Source: the human T2T-CHM13v2.0 reference genome, Homo sapiens. Taken from it: a stretch of DNA of 64,000 nt. Positions within the stretch are counted from its first letter, which is position 1. Each line of letters starts with the position of its first letter. Below the pieces are notes generated by a model. It was not told the DNA's origin and did no database searches. It saw nothing but the letters and a program-made list of their open reading frames with translations. Positions 59,165-64,000 of the stretch are shown here, one piece after another. The DNA is taken from assembly GCF_009914755.1 (NCBI RefSeq), contig NC_060929.1; one strand, 5' to 3'. Both the position numbers and the translations under genes were made by a program.

Positions 59165-62100
59165 ATCCCTAATCAAGTGGGAGTTATCCCTGGGATAAAA
59201 ATATAGTCTAATATATGCAAATAAATAAATGTAATACACTACATTAATAGAACAAAAAATTATATAAACATGCAGAAAAAGTAGCTAAAAAATTCAACAT
59301 CTTTCATGATAAAAATTATCAATAAATTAGGTATAAAGGAAATGCACCTCAACACAATAAAGGCCAATTATCATAAGCCCACAGTTAACATCATACTCAA
59401 TTGTCAAAAGCTGAAAATCTTTCCTCTAAAATCAAGAATATCACAAGGATGCTGATTCTTATCACTTCCATTCAATGAGTGACTCAAAGTTCTAGCCAGT
59501 GCAGTTAGGTAACAATACATAGGTAAATTTCATCCAAATCTGAAAGGAAGAAATAAAATGGTCTCTTTTTAAAGATGACATAGTCTTATGTGCAGAAATT
59601 TCTCAACTCCACCAAAAAACTGTTAGAACTAATAAGCAAATTTAGTAACTTGAAGAATACGAAATCAATATATAAAAATCAGTTACATTTTCATATACTA
59701 ACAACAAACTATGTGTAAAAGAAATTAAGAAAGCAATCCCTTTCCAGCAGCATCAAAAGGAATAAAATACTTAAGAATAAATTTAACCAATGAGATGAAA
59801 CATCCATAAAATAAAAACTTTATATACAATAAAAATCAATATAAACATTGATTTAAAAATTGAGGAGGACACAAATAAATGCAAAGATTTCAAATTTTAA
59901 TGGATTGTAAGAATTCATATAGCTGAAATGTCAATACTACTTGTATTACCCTGCTTTCATGCTGCTGTTAAAGACATACCCGAGACTGAGCAATTTACAA
60001 AAGAAAGAGGTTTAATTGGACTCAAAGTTCAATGTGGCTGGAATGACCTTACAATCATGACAGAAGACAAGGAGGAGCAAGTCACATCTTACATGGATAG
60101 CAGCAGGCAACGAGAGAGCTCGTGCAGGGAAGCTCTGCCTTATAAAGCCATCAGATATCATGAGACTTATTCACTATCTTGAGAACAGCATGGAAAAGAC
60201 CAGCCCTCATGATTCAGTTATCTCCCACCGGGACCCTCCCACAACATGTGGGAATTCAAGATGAGATCTCAGTGTGGACACAGCCAAACTGTATCATTCC
60301 ACCTCTGGCCTCTCCAGAATCTCATGACCTCACTTTTCAAAACCAATTATGCCTTCCCAACAGTCCCCCAAAGTCTTCACTCATTTCAGCATTAACTCAA
60401 AAGTTCACAGTCCAAAGTCTCATCCGAGACAAGGCAAGTCTCTTCCACCTATGAGCCTGTAAAATCAAAAGCAGGTTAGTTACTTCCTAGATACAGTGGG
60501 GGTACAGGTATTGGGTAAGTACAACTGTTCCAATGGGAGAAACTGGCCAAAACAAAGGGGCTACAGGTCCCATACAAGTCTAAAATCCAGTGGAGCGGTC
60601 AAATCTTAAAGTTCCAAAATGATCTCTCTTGACTCCATGTCTCACGTCCAGATCACACTGATGCAAGAGGTGGGTTCCCATGGTCTTGGGCAGCTCTGCT
60701 CCTGTGGCTTTGCAGGGTACAGCCTCCTACCCAGCTGCTTGCATGGGCTAGCATTGAGTTCTGCAGCTTTTCCAGGCACACAGTGCAGGCTGCCAGTGAA
60801 TCTACCATTCTGGGGTCTGGAGGAGGATGGTGGCCCTCTTCGCACAACTCCACTAGGCAGTGCTCCAGTAGGTACTCTGTGTGGGGGCTCTGACCCCATA
60901 TTTCTCTTCTGCACTGCCCTAGGAGAGGTTCTCCATGAGAGCTCTGCCCCTACAGCAAACTTCTGCCAGGACATCAAGGCATTTCCATACATACTCTGAA
61001 ATCTAGGTGGAGGTTCCCAAACCCCAGTTCTTGACTTCTGGTCACTGGCAGGCTCAACACCACGTGGAAGCTGCCAAGGCTTGAGGCTTGAATCTCCTAA
61101 AGCCACAGCCTGAGCTCTACATTGGCCCCTTTCAGCCACAGGTAGAGTAGCTGGGAGGCAGAGAGCCAAGTCTCTGGGTTGTATACAGCACAGGGACCCA
61201 GAGCCCAGCCCCTGGAACCATTTTTCCCTCCTGGGCCTCTGGGCCTGTGATGGGAGGGGCTACCATGAAGACCCCTGACATGGCTGGAAACATTTTCCCC
61301 ATTGTCTTGGGGATTAACACTTGACTTCCCATTACTTATAGAATTTCTGCAGCTGGCTTGGATTCTCCTCAGAAAGCAGGATTTTTTCTATCACATTGTC
61401 AGGCTGGAAATTTTCTGAACTTTTATGCTCTGCTTCCCTTATAAAAATGAATGCCTTTAACAGCACCCAAGTAACCTCTTGAATGCTTTGCTGCTTAGAA
61501 TTTTTTTCCACCAGATACCCTAGATCATCTCTGTCAAATTCAAAGTTCCACAAGTCTCTAGGACAGGGTGAAATGCCACCAGTCTTTTTGCTAAAACATA
61601 ACAAGAGTCAGCTTTGCTCCAGTTCCCAACAAATTCCTCATCTCCATCTGAGACCACCTCAGCCTGTATTTCATTGTCCATATCATTATCAGCATATTGA
61701 TCAAAGCCATTCAACAACTCTCTAGGAAGTTCCCATCTTTCCCACATTTTCCTGTCTTCTTCTGAGCCTTCCAAACTGTTCTAACCCCTGCCTGTTACCC
61801 AGTTCCAAAGTTGCTTCCCCATTTTTGGATATCTTTTCAGCAGTACTCCACTCCACTGGTACCAATTTACTGTATTAGTGCGTTTTCACACTGCTATTAA
61901 AGACATACATGAGACTGTAAAATGAGGCAATTTACAAAAGAAAGAGGTTTGATTGGACTCACAGTACCACGTGGCTGGAAAGGCCTCACAATCATGGTGG
62001 AAAGCAAGAAGAAGCAAGTCACATCTTACATGGGTGAGGGCAGGCAAAGAGAGAGCTTGTGCAGGGAAGCTCCACCTTATAAAGCCATCAAATCTCATGA

Positions 62101-63580
62101 GACTTATTCAGTATCGTGAGAACAGCACAAAAAAGACCTGCCCCCATGATTCAGTCACCTCCCACCAGGTCCCTTCCACAACATGTGAGAATTCAAGATG
62201 ATATTTGGGTGGGTAAACAGCCAAACCATATCACTACCCATAGCAAACTATGGATTATCTGCATTCCCTATTAAAATTCCAATAGCATTGTTCACAGAAA
62301 TACAAAAAAAATTCAAAAACTCACATAAAACCATGAAAGACTCCAAATAGCTAAAACAATCTTGAACAAGAAGAACAAAGCTAAAGGCACCACTCTTCCA
62401 GATTTTGAAATATATTACAAAACAATAATCAAAATAGAATTGTATAGGCATAAAAACAAACACACAGATCAATGAAAGATAACAAAATCCACACACATAT
62501 AGTCATCTAATCCTGAAGTAAGGCAGCAAGAATGCACAATGAGGAAAATATAGTCTCTTCTATTAATGGTGCTGGAAAAACTAGATATCCATTCTAAAAA
62601 CCATGAAATTGGACTTTTATCTAAACCTACACACAAAAATCAACTAAAAATGGGTTAAAGACAAAAACATAAGACCTGAGACTGAAAAAGTCCTAGAAGA
62701 AAGCATAGAGAAAACGTCCCATGACATTGGTCTGAAGAATTTTTTTTAAGTATGATAACCCAAAACACAGGCAATGAAAGCAAAAATAAACAATAAGGAC
62801 ATTAAAGTAATGCACATCAAAGGAAACAATCAACAAAATGAAAAGGCGACCTATGATATTGCAGAAATTATCTGTTCAACATATATCGAGGGGTTAATAT
62901 TGAAAATATGTGAGGAACTTATACGACTCAGTAGCAAAAAATAACAATAAAGAAATAACTCAATTCTCAATTTTAAAACAGGCAAAAACCTAAATAGATA
63001 TTTCTTAAAATAAGACATACAAATGGCAAACAGTTATGTGAAAAAGTGCTCAATATCACCAATCATCAGGGAAATGCACACTGAAACTACAGTGATATAT
63101 TATCTCACACTTGTTAGATTGGCTATTAATCAAAAAGGCAAAAGATAACAAATGTTATAGAGGATACGGAGACAAGGGAACACATACATATACATTGTTG
63201 GTGGGAATTTAAGATGGTACAACCATTATGGAAAATGGTATGGAAATTCTTCAAAATATTAAAAATGGAATTACTATGTAATCCAGCAATCCAATTTTTG
63301 GGTATATGTTCAAAGGAAATAAGATGGCTATCTCAAAAAAATATCTGCACTATCATGTTTATTTGCATTATTGTTCATAACAGCCAATATATGGAAACAA
63401 GGGCCCATGAATGGATGAATGAATAAAGAAAATGCAGTAGATATACAACATTAAATTTCACTCTACCTTTTTAAAAAGGGAAAATATGTGACAACATAAA
63501 TGAATTAGGATGACATTATGCTAAGTGAAATGAGCCAGACACAGTAAGACAAATAATGCAGTCTCATTTATAGATGGAAG
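59165..63580 (+). mobile_element. Old L1MA/MB ORF2 and 3' UTR, interrupted by THE1A
   Basis: aatcaagtgggagttatccctgggat...; continuity gtcaatactac|THE1|ctacccatagc. Confidence 0.85.
59942..62233 (-). mobile_element. Complete THE1A MaLR provirus (LTR-int-LTR)
   Basis: LTRs 59942-60296 and 61871-62233; internal 60297-61870 with the MEGSEEDRKMWE remnant; 5-bp TSD ctact/ctacc. Confidence 0.93.
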
Positions 63581-63669
63581 TGATTTTATTTGTTTCATGA
63601 TGTCTAGGATATATACTAGGTACTAAGGTTAGTAAGTATCTCTTTGAAAACTGTGGGGGTTTACATCCT

Positions 63670-63815
63670 GCAATTAAGCATATTTATTGTCCTTTCTTCA
63701 ACTTATTCTAGCTTCTTGCATTAATCTATATGTATAAGTTGGAAATAATAGTACTTGGTTGTTGAGATAAAATGAGTAAATGTATCTAAAGTATTTCAAA
63801 CGGTGCTTGGAATTT
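63670..63815 (+). mobile_element. MIR 3' fragment
   Basis: ggaaataatagtacttggttgttgagataaaatgagt...aaagtatttcaaacggtgcttgg. Confidence 0.55.
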
Positions 63816-64000
63816 TGAAATTACTATACATGTGCACCTTCCTGGATTATTCCCCTCATATCATCTTGACAACCCAGAATATTGATAAGGAGATGTCAAC
63901 CTACCATCGTAATCCTTGCCTCTTAGTAACAGTTTACGGTCCTGGAATGTATTCTCCAGAGTTCATATTATGATCTTCCTGTTTCTTAAGGTATTCAGCT

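Noticed and set aside
60619-61774. ORFs of 66-175 aa
   Set aside because: Fragmented THE1 internal frames

Overview
AT-rich, repeat-dense primate genomic DNA, most likely human (a near-intact AluYa5-type element is present). No conserved cellular protein-coding gene, tRNA or rRNA is recognisable; the long ORFs are broken LINE-1 or THE1 frames. Main contents: a full-length inactivated L1PA3/4-type LINE-1 (30426-36618, -), two 5'-inverted L1s, a complete THE1A provirus nested in an old L1, seven Alu elements or fragments, several MaLR/ERVL LTRs, and L2/MIR/MER5 relics. Subfamily names come from remembered consensus sequences, not a search. The most notable observations are: (i) two L1s 20 kb apart sharing many non-consensus bases; (ii) a tiny L1 with both a 5' inversion and a 3' transduction; (iii) three local templated insertions (a 155-bp inverted copy, a 91-bp direct copy, and a 43-bp triple hairpin in ORF1); (iv) a 70-nt pre-miRNA-like hairpin; (v) a cluster of minus-strand candidate exons that would splice into a 70-aa small ORF. 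I cannot support a wholly new biological system from this sequence alone.
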